This document shows positions 27,448-35,131 of a stretch of DNA of 37,875 bases, one piece after another (positions within the stretch are counted from its first letter, which is position 1; each line of letters starts with the position of its first letter). The position numbers and the translations under genes were made by a program. This DNA is from an uncultured virus (IMG/VR IMGVR_UViG_3300050030_000093) (taxonomy: Duplodnaviria; Heunggongvirae; Uroviricota; Caudoviricetes): IMG/VR virus record IMGVR_UViG_3300050030_000093. One strand, given 5' to 3'. Below the pieces are notes generated by a model. The model worked only from the letters and a program-made list of their open reading frames with translations. It ran no database searches and had not been told where the DNA came from.

Positions 27448-28158
27448 GTTAATTTGTTTTTCATAGAATTTAAGCCATTTACGTATTGTATTATCCGAAA
27501 CGCCATATTTTTTTCCTGTTGCAGTATATCCACCAGAAAAAGTAATATTATTAATTAGTTCACCATATGTTGGTCGTGATTTAACCTTACGTAAATTTTC
27601 ATGATGGCATTTTTGACATTTAGTACTATTATTTTTTATCTGAGCACCACATGAACAATAATTAATGTTTTCATGTTTTTTATATTTTTTCTTATCAACA
27701 TTTTTTCCACAATATGTGGATGTCTGTGAATGACAATTTGGACACAACACTTTTAAATTTTCTAAACGATAATCATTATTAATGCCATTAATGTGGTCTA
27801 AATGCAGACTTAATTTTTCTCCAAACCAAATTTCACTCTGACCACATTTTTCACACTTTCTTTCTTTTAATCCAAATTCAAACAATTTTAGTTTTAATCT
27901 ATGTGTATTAGTATATGTGGAATTAACAACTAAGAATTTTTTAATAAATTCTTCTTTGCTGTATTTTTGATGCAGTTTTTTATTTTTATTCCATCCCATT
28001 CCCAAAAAATGCGATGTATCAATATTATATTCATTGAATTTTTTTAATATTGTTTTATAGTTTCCACCTGCAGGTTTCAATTTAAGTAATTTAAGCACAT
28101 TAGCAATTGAATTACTTTCTTTTACAAATCGTGTTAAAACTTCTTTATTATATTTCAT
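27421..28158 (-). CDS. HNH endonuclease with C-terminal HTH
   Basis: CEKCG...LHLDHINGINNDYRLENLKVLCPNCH; GKKYGVSDNTIRKW; stop inside tRNA-Trp. Confidence 0.92.
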   Translation of the reverse strand: MKYNKEVLTRFVKESNSIANVLKLLKLKPAGGNYKTILKKFNEYNIDTSHFLGMGWNKNKKLHQKYSKEEFIKKFLVVNSTYTNTHRLKLKLFEFGLKERKCEKCGQSEIWFGEKLSLHLDHINGINNDYRLENLKVLCPNCHSQTSTYCGKNVDKKKYKKHENINYCSCGAQIKNNSTKCQKCHHENLRKVKSRPTYGELINNITFSGGYTATGKKYGVSDNTIRKWLKFYEKQINTSVVQLVE

Positions 28159-28258
28159 TTTAGAATTTTATGATAAATACTTTAAAAATCTTAAAAGGTA
28201 TTGTTTTTGCAAATATAATCCTTTAAGTTCGATAATCATATTAAATTCAAAAAATTTG

Positions 28259-28332
28259 TACCCCGTCTCAGATTCGGACTGAGAGAAAACTGCTTTTAAG
28301 ACAGGTATGGTTACCAGTTACATCAACGGGGC
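28259..28332 (-). tRNA. tRNA-Leu(TAA), atypical (short variable loop, TCC T loop)
   Basis: GCCCCGT/ACGGGGT, A73, loop CTTAAAA, 5-nt variable loop, CTCAG-TCCGAAT-CTGAG. Confidence 0.75.
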
Positions 28333-28409
28333 AGTTGTCCTTATTCACGAACCATGACTTCGTGCCTAAGTGTTTGGAACTATTTGCTTCGTTATCCAAA
28401 ATAAGGTCG

Positions 28410-28484
28410 TGCAGATGGCGGGACTCGAACCCATAATCCCCACCGTGAAAGGGTGATGTCCTGAACCAATTAGACGATGGGAAA
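28410..28484 (-). pseudogene. Chimeric pseudo-tRNA-Glu(TTC)
   Basis: Good Glu D and anticodon arms (TCACC-CTTTCAC-GGTGG), but the acceptor strands TTTCCCA / CATCTGC do not pair. Confidence 0.7.
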
Positions 28485-28489
28485 GTTTG

Positions 28490-28561
28490 TACTCGGTGCG
28501 GTAGTCGAAACCGCATTCATAGATTGAGAGTCTATTTTCCTTACCGTTAGAAGAACCGAGC
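28490..28561 (-). tRNA. tRNA-Glu(CTC)
   Basis: GCTCGGT/ACCGAGT, ATAGA-CTCTCAA-TCTAT. Confidence 0.9.
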
Positions 28562-28564
28562 GTG

Positions 28565-28692
28565 TAAATATCTATTCTGCGGTGAAGTTAATTATCTTCT
28601 GAAGTCCTGATGGGGAGCCAGGCGGCACTCTGTCGGTATCCGACATTGCCCTATTCTAACATACTTTCTATCACGTTTACCTAAGATATTTA
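28565..28692 (-). ncRNA. Unknown structured RNA inside tRNA cluster 3
   Basis: 9-bp closing stem TAAATATCT/AGATATTTA; GGCA-TGTCGG/CCGACA-TGCC and CCTGG/TCAGG hairpins. Confidence 0.5.
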
Positions 28693-28695
28693 GCG

Positions 28696-28776
28696 TACAG
28701 CGTGGGGGATTCGAACCCCCGAACCTTTCGGGACAGATTGAAGGTCTGCCTACTTTAGCCGTTTGTATAACGCTGC
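28696..28776 (-). tRNA. tRNA-Glu(TTC), atypical (C33, long variable arm)
   Basis: GCAGCGT/ACGCTGT, GCAGA-CCTTCAA-TCTGT, V-arm CC-GAAA-GG, GGGGG-TTCGAAT-CCCCC. Confidence 0.78.
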
Positions 28777-28800
28777 ATATAATCTCCGAACTGTTTTTTG

Positions 28801-28880
28801 CACCGAGCACCGACTGATTCGACTCGAATCGGTAGCTGACATACGAGCCAGTATTCACCAGTAACCTACTTTCATTCGGT
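28801..28880 (-). ncRNA. tRNA-like RNA with non-canonical arms
   Basis: ACCGA/TCGGT-G-CA acceptor-like end, TGG-containing D-like loop, CTGGC/GTCAG stem with 6-nt loop, extended ACCGA...TCGGT arm. Confidence 0.45.
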
Positions 28881-28888
28881 TGAGATTG

Positions 28889-28963
28889 CACTCCCGGAGG
28901 TATTCGAAACCTCTATTTTACATGGGTGACAGCCAAGTTCTTCACCAAGAAGCCTACGAGAGT
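28889..28963 (-). tRNA. tRNA-Asp(GTC)
   Basis: ACTCTCG/CGGGAGT, G73, loop CTGTCAC. Confidence 0.83.
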
Positions 28964-29592
28964 ATTGTATGTTTATTATAAAATTTAATCCATTTTCTTA
29001 TTGCATTGTCACTTACACCATATTTTTTTCCAGTTCCAGTAAATCCCAATTCTTTTATTTCATTTTGAAGTTGTTCGAATGATGGACGTTTAACTTTACG
29101 TTGAATAACAGATTGTTCTAAACGTGTAATTTTCTTTTTTTTATTTCGTTTTACATTTTTTCCACTAAATGTTGGTAAGGTTGCGTTACAATTAGGACAA
29201 ACAATTCTCAAATTTTCAAGTCTATGGTCATTATTTATCCCATTAATATGGTCAAGAATTAAACTCATGTGTTCACCATGCCAATTTTCATCTTGTCCAC
29301 ATAACTCACATTTACGTTCTTTTATTCCTTCATCATACAATCTTTCTTTTAAATTTGTCGTATTGTATGTTGAGCCAGATATTAATATTTTTGATAGTGG
29401 TGTTTTAATAAATTTATTTGAACGAACATTTCCGTTATTTGTTCCGAAATGTGATATATCAATATTATGTTGATTAATATATTTTTTTATTGTTATTCTA
29501 TTACCGTATAATTTATTACCATATAATTTAAAGCATGTTTCGGTAGTGCTATTTGATTCTGCAATAATTGCTTTTAATTTATCTATGTCCAT
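28954..29592 (-). CDS. HNH endonuclease with C-terminal HTH
   Basis: CELCG...LILDHINGINNDHRLENLRIVCPNCN; start placed at MDIDK after GTATTTAT; stop inside tRNA-Asp. Confidence 0.92.
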   Translation of the reverse strand: MDIDKLKAIIAESNSTTETCFKLYGNKLYGNRITIKKYINQHNIDISHFGTNNGNVRSNKFIKTPLSKILISGSTYNTTNLKERLYDEGIKERKCELCGQDENWHGEHMSLILDHINGINNDHRLENLRIVCPNCNATLPTFSGKNVKRNKKKKITRLEQSVIQRKVKRPSFEQLQNEIKELGFTGTGKKYGVSDNAIRKWIKFYNKHTILS

Positions 29593-29664
29593 AGCAAAGT
29601 GTTTTATATAAATACGTGATAGTTCGGCAAAGATAAACAATAATTATCATATAATCAAACATTG

Positions 29665-29751
29665 CGGTCCCAATGGGATTCGAACCCACCTGTCGGTATT
29701 ATCCGTTCCGGAGTGACAGTCCGGCAGCCACGCCAAGCAGCTCCTGAGACC
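29665..29751 (-). tRNA. tRNA-Asp(GTC), atypical (long variable arm)
   Basis: GGTCTCA/TGGGACC, G73, CCGGA-CTGTCAC-TCCGG, ~18-nt variable region with CGG/CCG stem. Confidence 0.8.
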
Positions 29752-29774
29752 AAATTTCCAACATGTCAAAGAAC
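29752..29774 (-). promoter_or_regulatory. rrn boxA-like element before tRNA cluster 3
   Basis: GTTCTTTGACATGTTGGAAATTT, repeated at 452-474; preceded by a TTGGACAA/TTGTCTAA stem. Confidence 0.6.
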
Positions 29775-29786
29775 TTTAGACAATCT

Positions 29787-29918
29787 TTAAAACTTTTCGA
29801 ACCAAACTTTGCTTGTCCAAGCATTATAGTATTGGTGTTGTCTTGTTGCATAATTACTTCCGATTCTATGTTTGAAGGAAGACCTTATTGCGTGTATAAA
29901 ATATTTAATCGTTTCCAT
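29787..29918 (-). CDS. Possible 43-aa peptide between attenuator 3 and boxA
   Basis: Manual translation METIKYFIHAIRSSFKHRIGSNYATRQHQYYNAWTSKVWFEKF; A-rich upstream context. Confidence 0.4.
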   Translation of the reverse strand: METIKYFIHAIRSSFKHRIGSNYATRQHQYYNAWTSKVWFEKF

Positions 29919-29946
29919 TTTATTTTTCCTTTAATTGTTTAAAAAC

Positions 29947-29979
29947 AAAAAACCCGACCATTTTGCGACAGTCGGGTTT
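29947..29979 (-). terminator. Intrinsic terminator/attenuator 3
   Basis: AAACCCGACTGT-CGCAA-AATGGTCGGGTTTTTT. Confidence 0.85.
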
Positions 29980-30014
29980 CTTTATTAAAGAAAGGAGGTT
30001 GTAATATCAAAGTA

Positions 30015-30107
30015 TTACCCGACTGTACATAGCTTATCCTCTTCGGCTGCCCATAATAGGACATCCACCATGAGGACTGCCATCAATATGTCGAATAATT
30101 TTTTCAT
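30015..30107 (-). CDS. Putative attenuator leader peptide 3 (30 aa, MKKLFDILMAVLMVDVLLWAAEEDKLCTVG)
   Basis: 3' end ACAGTCGGGT (30017-30026) is perfectly complementary to terminator 5' arm ACCCGACTGT (29968-29977). Confidence 0.75.
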   Translation of the reverse strand: MKKLFDILMAVLMVDVLLWAAEEDKLCTVG

Positions 30108-30152
30108 TGTTGTTTCTTTTAAATTTGTTGTTTCTTTCATTTAAATACTTGG

Positions 30153-30182
30153 CAAAGATAGTAAAGTTTTCTTAATTCCAAA
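30153..30182 (-). promoter_or_regulatory. Bacteroidota-type promoter (TTTG-N18-TATCTTTG)
   Basis: Consensus match; downstream CTTTGCCAAGTATTTAA is identical to the locus 1 promoter. Confidence 0.7.
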
Positions 30183-30212
30183 TATTTTTGCAATTATTTT
30201 TTAAAATTATTT

Positions 30213-31253
30213 TTAATAAATAAAATCAAGCCACATTTTTTTGGCTTTTTCATTATAATTATTTAAACTTCTATGCATTAATTTTTTTAATATACACGAG
30301 TGTCGATATTCATACATAAAAATTATTTTTCCTGTAACATCATTATAATCAATTGTTGATGTTTTAAATATTCTTGGCATCCATTCAATTGCTTCGCTAA
30401 CAAGAATTAACTTATTATTATTTATAAAATCAGCAGTAACAATATTAAAACTTTCACTAAATGATAATTGCATACCAATATCCATTTTTTTAATTAAATG
30501 TTGAAATTCTTTATTTTCTTTCCATTCGTGTTTTACAAGTACGTGACGGCTATTAGCAAATAATTCTTCAAGATTTTTTAAAACCGGATTTAATTTAATT
30601 TGATGCTCATCATCATATCCGTCTATTTTTGCTAAAGTGACGTGAAAATGTAATGTTTTGCCAAGAATATCTGCTGCCTTGATTGCACATAATGCTTGAA
30701 ATACAGGATTTTTCAATAATCTTAGTGCACCAAAGCATCCAATATTTATAATATTTGAATTATGTTCTTCATGATTATTATTTTTTTCATGATTAATTGT
30801 GATGACATTTGGTAGGTATGTGAAATCATACCCCATTGCATTTGAAAGATATTTAGTGAAAATTTTGTTATTTGGTGCTATGAATAGGTTTGGTCTATTT
30901 AATGCTATGTAATCATTTACATATTTTAATGCTAATGTTTCTGCACTTAAATATCCAATATCACTATGTATTCTAATAACCCATTTAATGTTTTTATATT
31001 TATTAATTTTGATGAGTTCCTTTAGTTTTTCACCAGTAATCCATAATGCCTCAATAACAACAATATCTGGTTTGTATCCATGAACTTCTTTATCAATACC
31101 ATTGGCATCGATAACTGTAACTACTTTTGTTTCAATACCTTTTAATACATTCAAAAAATTGGCAATATGTGTTGATGAGTTTATTAAACCATATGATTTA
31201 ACATTAGTATTGCCATAGAATCTTTTTTTTAGTATAAATAATATTTTTTTCAT
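30213..31253 (-). CDS. Glycosyltransferase (GT-B/GT4-like)
   Basis: KPDIVVIE, IGCFGALRLLKN, MDIGMQLSFSESFNIVTAD. Confidence 0.75.
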   Translation of the reverse strand: MKKILFILKKRFYGNTNVKSYGLINSSTHIANFLNVLKGIETKVVTVIDANGIDKEVHGYKPDIVVIEALWITGEKLKELIKINKYKNIKWVIRIHSDIGYLSAETLALKYVNDYIALNRPNLFIAPNNKIFTKYLSNAMGYDFTYLPNVITINHEKNNNHEEHNSNIINIGCFGALRLLKNPVFQALCAIKAADILGKTLHFHVTLAKIDGYDDEHQIKLNPVLKNLEELFANSRHVLVKHEWKENKEFQHLIKKMDIGMQLSFSESFNIVTADFINNNKLILVSEAIEWMPRIFKTSTIDYNDVTGKIIFMYEYRHSCILKKLMHRSLNNYNEKAKKMWLDFIY

Positions 31254-31322
31254 TGTATTTTATTATAAATACTAAATAAAGATAAACAATATGCTAAATT
31301 TTAATTAATATTATGCTTGGAA

Positions 31323-31664
31323 TTACTTGCCGCCTACTTTTGCTATTGCATTAACAGGTATTTTCTTTCCGGCATTAGGTTTAACTTCATCAAGTTCTTT
31401 CTTGTCTTTGTGTTCTTCTTTTTCTTCTTCAGGAGTTTCAGACTCTTCGTGTTCGGTAGATTCTTCACCTTCCTTCTTTTCAAAGTTCCACTTTTTCTTA
31501 CCAGAAGTTTTTTTCATATCGTCATCCTTATCTTCATCTTTGTCAACATCGCCCTTTTTCTTGTCGAAGTTCCATTCTGTAAGAAGTTTAGCGTTTGGTT
31601 TGAAATCTGGATTTAATTTAGCCATATTTTCAAATAGCTTTTGTCTGGTATCTGTAGTTTTCAT
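31323..31664 (-). CDS. Highly charged hypothetical protein with RQKLFENM N-terminal motif
   Basis: K/E/D-rich, two WNF(D/E)KK motifs; GTATTTAT at 31680-31687. Confidence 0.7.
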   Translation of the reverse strand: MKTTDTRQKLFENMAKLNPDFKPNAKLLTEWNFDKKKGDVDKDEDKDDDMKKTSGKKKWNFEKKEGEESTEHEESETPEEEKEEHKDKKELDEVKPNAGKKIPVNAIAKVGGK

Positions 31665-31745
31665 AATATTGAATTTATTATAAATACACAGTAATAATAT
31701 AAAAGTTTGGTACAGATATTGCTATTTATATATAAACATAAATTT

Positions 31746-32885
31746 ATGAAAAAAATTTTATTAATTATCTGTCTTTTGCTTTTAGCAAGTATATTATCTG
31801 CACAAAAGAAAACCAATTATGAAAAGTATTGGCAAGCCAGAGAAGACTCAATTACAAAAAGTCAAACGACTTTAAGTAATAATGCAACAGAAAATCAAAT
31901 TACTTCTGCAAAGCCAGAATATGATGACCTTTATTATCAACCAGGTAAAGATATTTCAATTGTCAAGAAGCACAAAAAAGTTAATACTGAAGATACTCTT
32001 AGGGCAATTGTTGATACTCTCGTAAATGAAAATCCAGACATTAGTATTAATTATATGTACAATGATGACCTATTCTTTTATTCAAATCATTTAGGAATGT
32101 TTTATCATGGTGGATTTAATTATTGGCACTATAATCCATTCTTTTACAACCCTTGGTATGATTGGAATTGGAATCCTTATTACGGAAATCCTTGGAGATA
32201 TGGCAATTTGGGATTTTATGATGGTTATTATTTTGGATATAATTCTTATTGGGGTTGGAATTTTGGTTGGAATTGGTATCATCCTTATTATCATAACAAT
32301 TATTGGCACGGTCAGCATAATAACTTTTACGGACGTAATAATGGTTTTAATCAACAACCTCAGTATGGTCATAGAGAAAGACCGTCAAACAATCAAATTG
32401 ATAATAGAAGAACTCAGCCACAAGAAAGAAAAATTACTGGTAGAGACCCTAATAATAGACCCACATATAATAACGAAAGAAGGGCATACACGCCTTCTTA
32501 TAATAATCCCCGTATGAGTACAAGACCACAATATAATAATACTCGTGTTAATTTGATTCGAGAAAATACTAATAGATATCAGACTAATAGTGTTAGACCA
32601 GATGTTAGAAGTCAGCAATATCGTAATACTGAAAATAGAAAAAGCGGTATTCAATCAAATATTCGTGGGTCAGAAACACGTATACCAGTACGCTCATATA
32701 CCACACCATCAAGAAGTTATGGCGAATCACGTACAATTAACAATAATGGTCAAAATAGTGGTGCTAATAGCAGTAGAAGTTTCAGTGGCTCAAATGGTTC
32801 AAGCAATTCAAGTGGTGGCAGAAGTAGCGGTAGTTCAAGTGGTTCGGGTAGTCGTTCAGGAACTTCTGGTACGGGAAGAAGATAA
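31746..32885 (+). CDS. Secreted low-complexity protein (W/Y/G/N-rich middle, R/S/G-rich tail)
   Basis: Signal peptide MKKILLIICLLLLASILSA; YDDLYY motif; resembles Bacteroidota hypothetical proteins. Confidence 0.75.
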   Translation: MKKILLIICLLLLASILSAQKKTNYEKYWQAREDSITKSQTTLSNNATENQITSAKPEYDDLYYQPGKDISIVKKHKKVNTEDTLRAIVDTLVNENPDISINYMYNDDLFFYSNHLGMFYHGGFNYWHYNPFFYNPWYDWNWNPYYGNPWRYGNLGFYDGYYFGYNSYWGWNFGWNWYHPYYHNNYWHGQHNNFYGRNNGFNQQPQYGHRERPSNNQIDNRRTQPQERKITGRDPNNRPTYNNERRAYTPSYNNPRMSTRPQYNNTRVNLIRENTNRYQTNSVRPDVRSQQYRNTENRKSGIQSNIRGSETRIPVRSYTTPSRSYGESRTINNNGQNSGANSSRSFSGSNGSSNSSGGRSSGSSSGSGSRSGTSGTGRR

Positions 32886-32972
32886 TATAAATAATTGGTT
32901 TTTTTGTTTTTACAATTGTTTTGCTGTAGTCGTTTTACAACTGTAACTGTATTTATATTAAAACGAATTGGT

Positions 32973-33431
32973 ATGAAAGAGAATAATGGAAATGTTTGGA
33001 CACTTGAAGCACTTAAAGAGCATTATGAAGCATTAATAAAACTTCAAAATGATGACTTTAACCAACTGCTTAAAGAGCGTGATGAAAGAATGGTTCAGAG
33101 GTATAATTCAATGGAATTGGCAGTTAATAAAGCAGAAGTTGCCACTGAGAAACGTTTCGAAGGTGTTAATGAATTTCGTGCACAACTTGGCGACCAATCG
33201 AGAACACTTATGCCACGTATTGAAACCGAAGTTTTGATTAAGAATATAAATGATAAAATTGAAACATCAAATAAAAGCATAAATGATAAAATTACAGCAT
33301 TAACGACCAAAATAGAAAAGACCGAAAATGTAAAAGCGGGTGGAAGTGCTATGGTTGCATATATTATTGCAGGAATATCGTTAATTATAACCGTTATTAC
33401 ACTTTTGGCAAAATTTGGTGTTATAAAATAA
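32973..33431 (+). CDS. Coiled-coil protein with C-terminal TM helix
   Basis: Start MKENNG after GTATTTAT (32949-32956); hydrophobic C-terminus. Confidence 0.7.
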   Translation: MKENNGNVWTLEALKEHYEALIKLQNDDFNQLLKERDERMVQRYNSMELAVNKAEVATEKRFEGVNEFRAQLGDQSRTLMPRIETEVLIKNINDKIETSNKSINDKITALTTKIEKTENVKAGGSAMVAYIIAGISLIITVITLLAKFGVIK

Positions 33432-33459
33432 ATAATAATTTAAAATTAAAAACAAAAAA

Positions 33460-33897
33460 ATGGAAAAAGGAATTTTAACAGCAGTACAGGAAAAGGAATT
33501 AGCAGTAATGCTTGATGACTTGGTAAAACTTAAAGGACTTTGGGAACTTGTCGATGGATATGTTTTTAAAGTTGTAATTACACTTTTAGACGATACAGTT
33601 ATCGATAAGATAAAAGAAGACATTAAAGTTAAATTAGCTGCTCTTGTGGATGCAGTAATGGCAAAAGACGTTACATTAGCAGAACAATTAGCAACAGATA
33701 TTGTCAATGGTTTAATTGATATTCCCGGTCTTGATGAAGATGCCGAAGGACTTATTTTTGGTGGAATTATTCAATTAGTTGTTGGTGCTATTTTAGCTAA
33801 ACTTCAGTCTATTAAAGGTGAACAGATTACTTTGAAATTGGCTAAACCTCAGATAATTAAAGGTCAACCAATTACTCCGAAATCAGCTAAGAAATAG
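33460..33897 (+). CDS. Hypothetical protein
   Basis: 145-aa helical ORF followed by a hairpin at 33930-33955. Confidence 0.7.
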   Translation: MEKGILTAVQEKELAVMLDDLVKLKGLWELVDGYVFKVVITLLDDTVIDKIKEDIKVKLAALVDAVMAKDVTLAEQLATDIVNGLIDIPGLDEDAEGLIFGGIIQLVVGAILAKLQSIKGEQITLKLAKPQIIKGQPITPKSAKK

Positions 33898-33983
33898 TAG
33901 TAATAACTATACTATGTATTATTTTGTATAAACTTCCGATTTTCACCGGAAGTTTATTGTATTGAAATTAATTAATAAATGTA

Positions 33984-34475
33984 ATGGCAAACGCAAAAGT
34001 TAAGGATGAATTCGACTTAGAAGAAATCAATGAGGACAAAGAATCTAAAGCAACAAAATTATTTAAAAAAATTCTTTGGTATGCAGGTGCTATAATTGTT
34101 GTTGTTCTTGCTATAGGCGGCAGCATTCAATTTCTTGTTAAAAAAGGTATTGATAAAAATGCGAGTACCGAAAAACTTGAAATTATTATTAATACTCAAT
34201 TAGCGCAAAAAAAACTAAGCGATTCAATTCTTGTTAATGTTAAAGAAATTAAAGAATTGGTAAAAGAAAATACTGAGACTGTTGAAGGGTTAAGTAATAG
34301 TTATGTATTGTTTATGCAAAACAATAAATCACTTAGTAAGGATGACTTTCGTAATTACATGGAAGGTGTAACCTGGGAAAGTAAAAAAAAAGCGGTAACT
34401 GAACCTATTGAAGTCAAGGAGGATACGAGCAAATATAGAGGTCATATTATAGTAAATAAATTGGATAAAAAATAA
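33984..34475 (+). CDS. Membrane-anchored hypothetical protein
   Basis: One TM segment, then coiled coil. Confidence 0.7.
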   Translation: MANAKVKDEFDLEEINEDKESKATKLFKKILWYAGAIIVVVLAIGGSIQFLVKKGIDKNASTEKLEIIINTQLAQKKLSDSILVNVKEIKELVKENTETVEGLSNSYVLFMQNNKSLSKDDFRNYMEGVTWESKKKAVTEPIEVKEDTSKYRGHIIVNKLDKK

Positions 34476-34484
34476 AAAATAAAA

Positions 34485-35126
34485 ATGGAAGAAATAACTG
34501 GTGGTACTCAAAATTATGATGATATTCAATGGAATGAAAAAATGTCATTGAATGCGTTTGATGTGGCTTTTATAAAAAATATGTTCAGTCGCCAAGATAA
34601 TATAAAAGAAGCATTTATATCGAATTTGTTGAGAGATAATTACAATGTTCTTGTTAATAAAATTATTAATGAATTAAACACTCGTGAAGAACATACTTTT
34701 GATGCATTAAAATATCAAGAAACTAAGGTACAAGATGCTTTAAGACTTCAAGAAGGCAAAGTAAGAGATGCTTTAAAAGAACAAGAAGGTAGAATTCTTG
34801 CAAGAGTTCATACACAAGAAGATAAAGTTCTTGCGGCATTAGAGGCACAAGAAGATAAAGTTCTTGGTGTTTTGACTGTACAAGAAGGCAAAGTTCTTGG
34901 CGCATTGGGAGTACAAGAGGGTAAGGTTCTCGATGCGGTTAGAAATCAAGAAGATAAAGTTCTTCATGCTTTAGGAAAACAAGAAGGTATTGTTTTTGGC
35001 GTTTTGGCTGTGCAAGAAGGTAAGGTTCTTGATGCTTTGGAAGTACAAGAAAAAAAGGTTCTTGATGCTTTAGATAAGCAAGAAGGTAAAGTTCTTAATG
35101 TTTTAAACGGAAACGGCAAAAAATAA
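34485..35126 (+). CDS. Protein with 12 tandem 11-aa QEGKVLDALxx repeats
   Basis: 33-bp periodicity at 34716-35111. Confidence 0.75.
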   Translation: MEEITGGTQNYDDIQWNEKMSLNAFDVAFIKNMFSRQDNIKEAFISNLLRDNYNVLVNKIINELNTREEHTFDALKYQETKVQDALRLQEGKVRDALKEQEGRILARVHTQEDKVLAALEAQEDKVLGVLTVQEGKVLGALGVQEGKVLDAVRNQEDKVLHALGKQEGIVFGVLAVQEGKVLDALEVQEKKVLDALDKQEGKVLNVLNGNGKK

Positions 35127-35131
35127 AATGC

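Noticed and set aside
28696..28776. Selenocysteine or opal-suppressor tRNA (TCA)
   Set aside because: The 5-bp stem and 7-nt loop place TTC at 34-36; 7-bp acceptor and short V-arm lack tRNA-Sec features.
549..30107. T-box riboswitch explanation for the tRNA leaders
   Set aside because: No T-box consensus (AAGGTGGTACC-like) or stem I motifs seen; open leader ORFs with complementary arms fit ribosome-mediated attenuation better.
32973..34475. Lysis cassette (holin/spanin) assignment for the membrane protein genes
   Set aside because: TM segments are present, but no endolysin or lipobox was recognised.
34716..35111. 33-bp periodic repeat as a CRISPR array
   Set aside because: Degenerate in-frame coding repeat with synonymous variation and no unique spacers; no cas genes.
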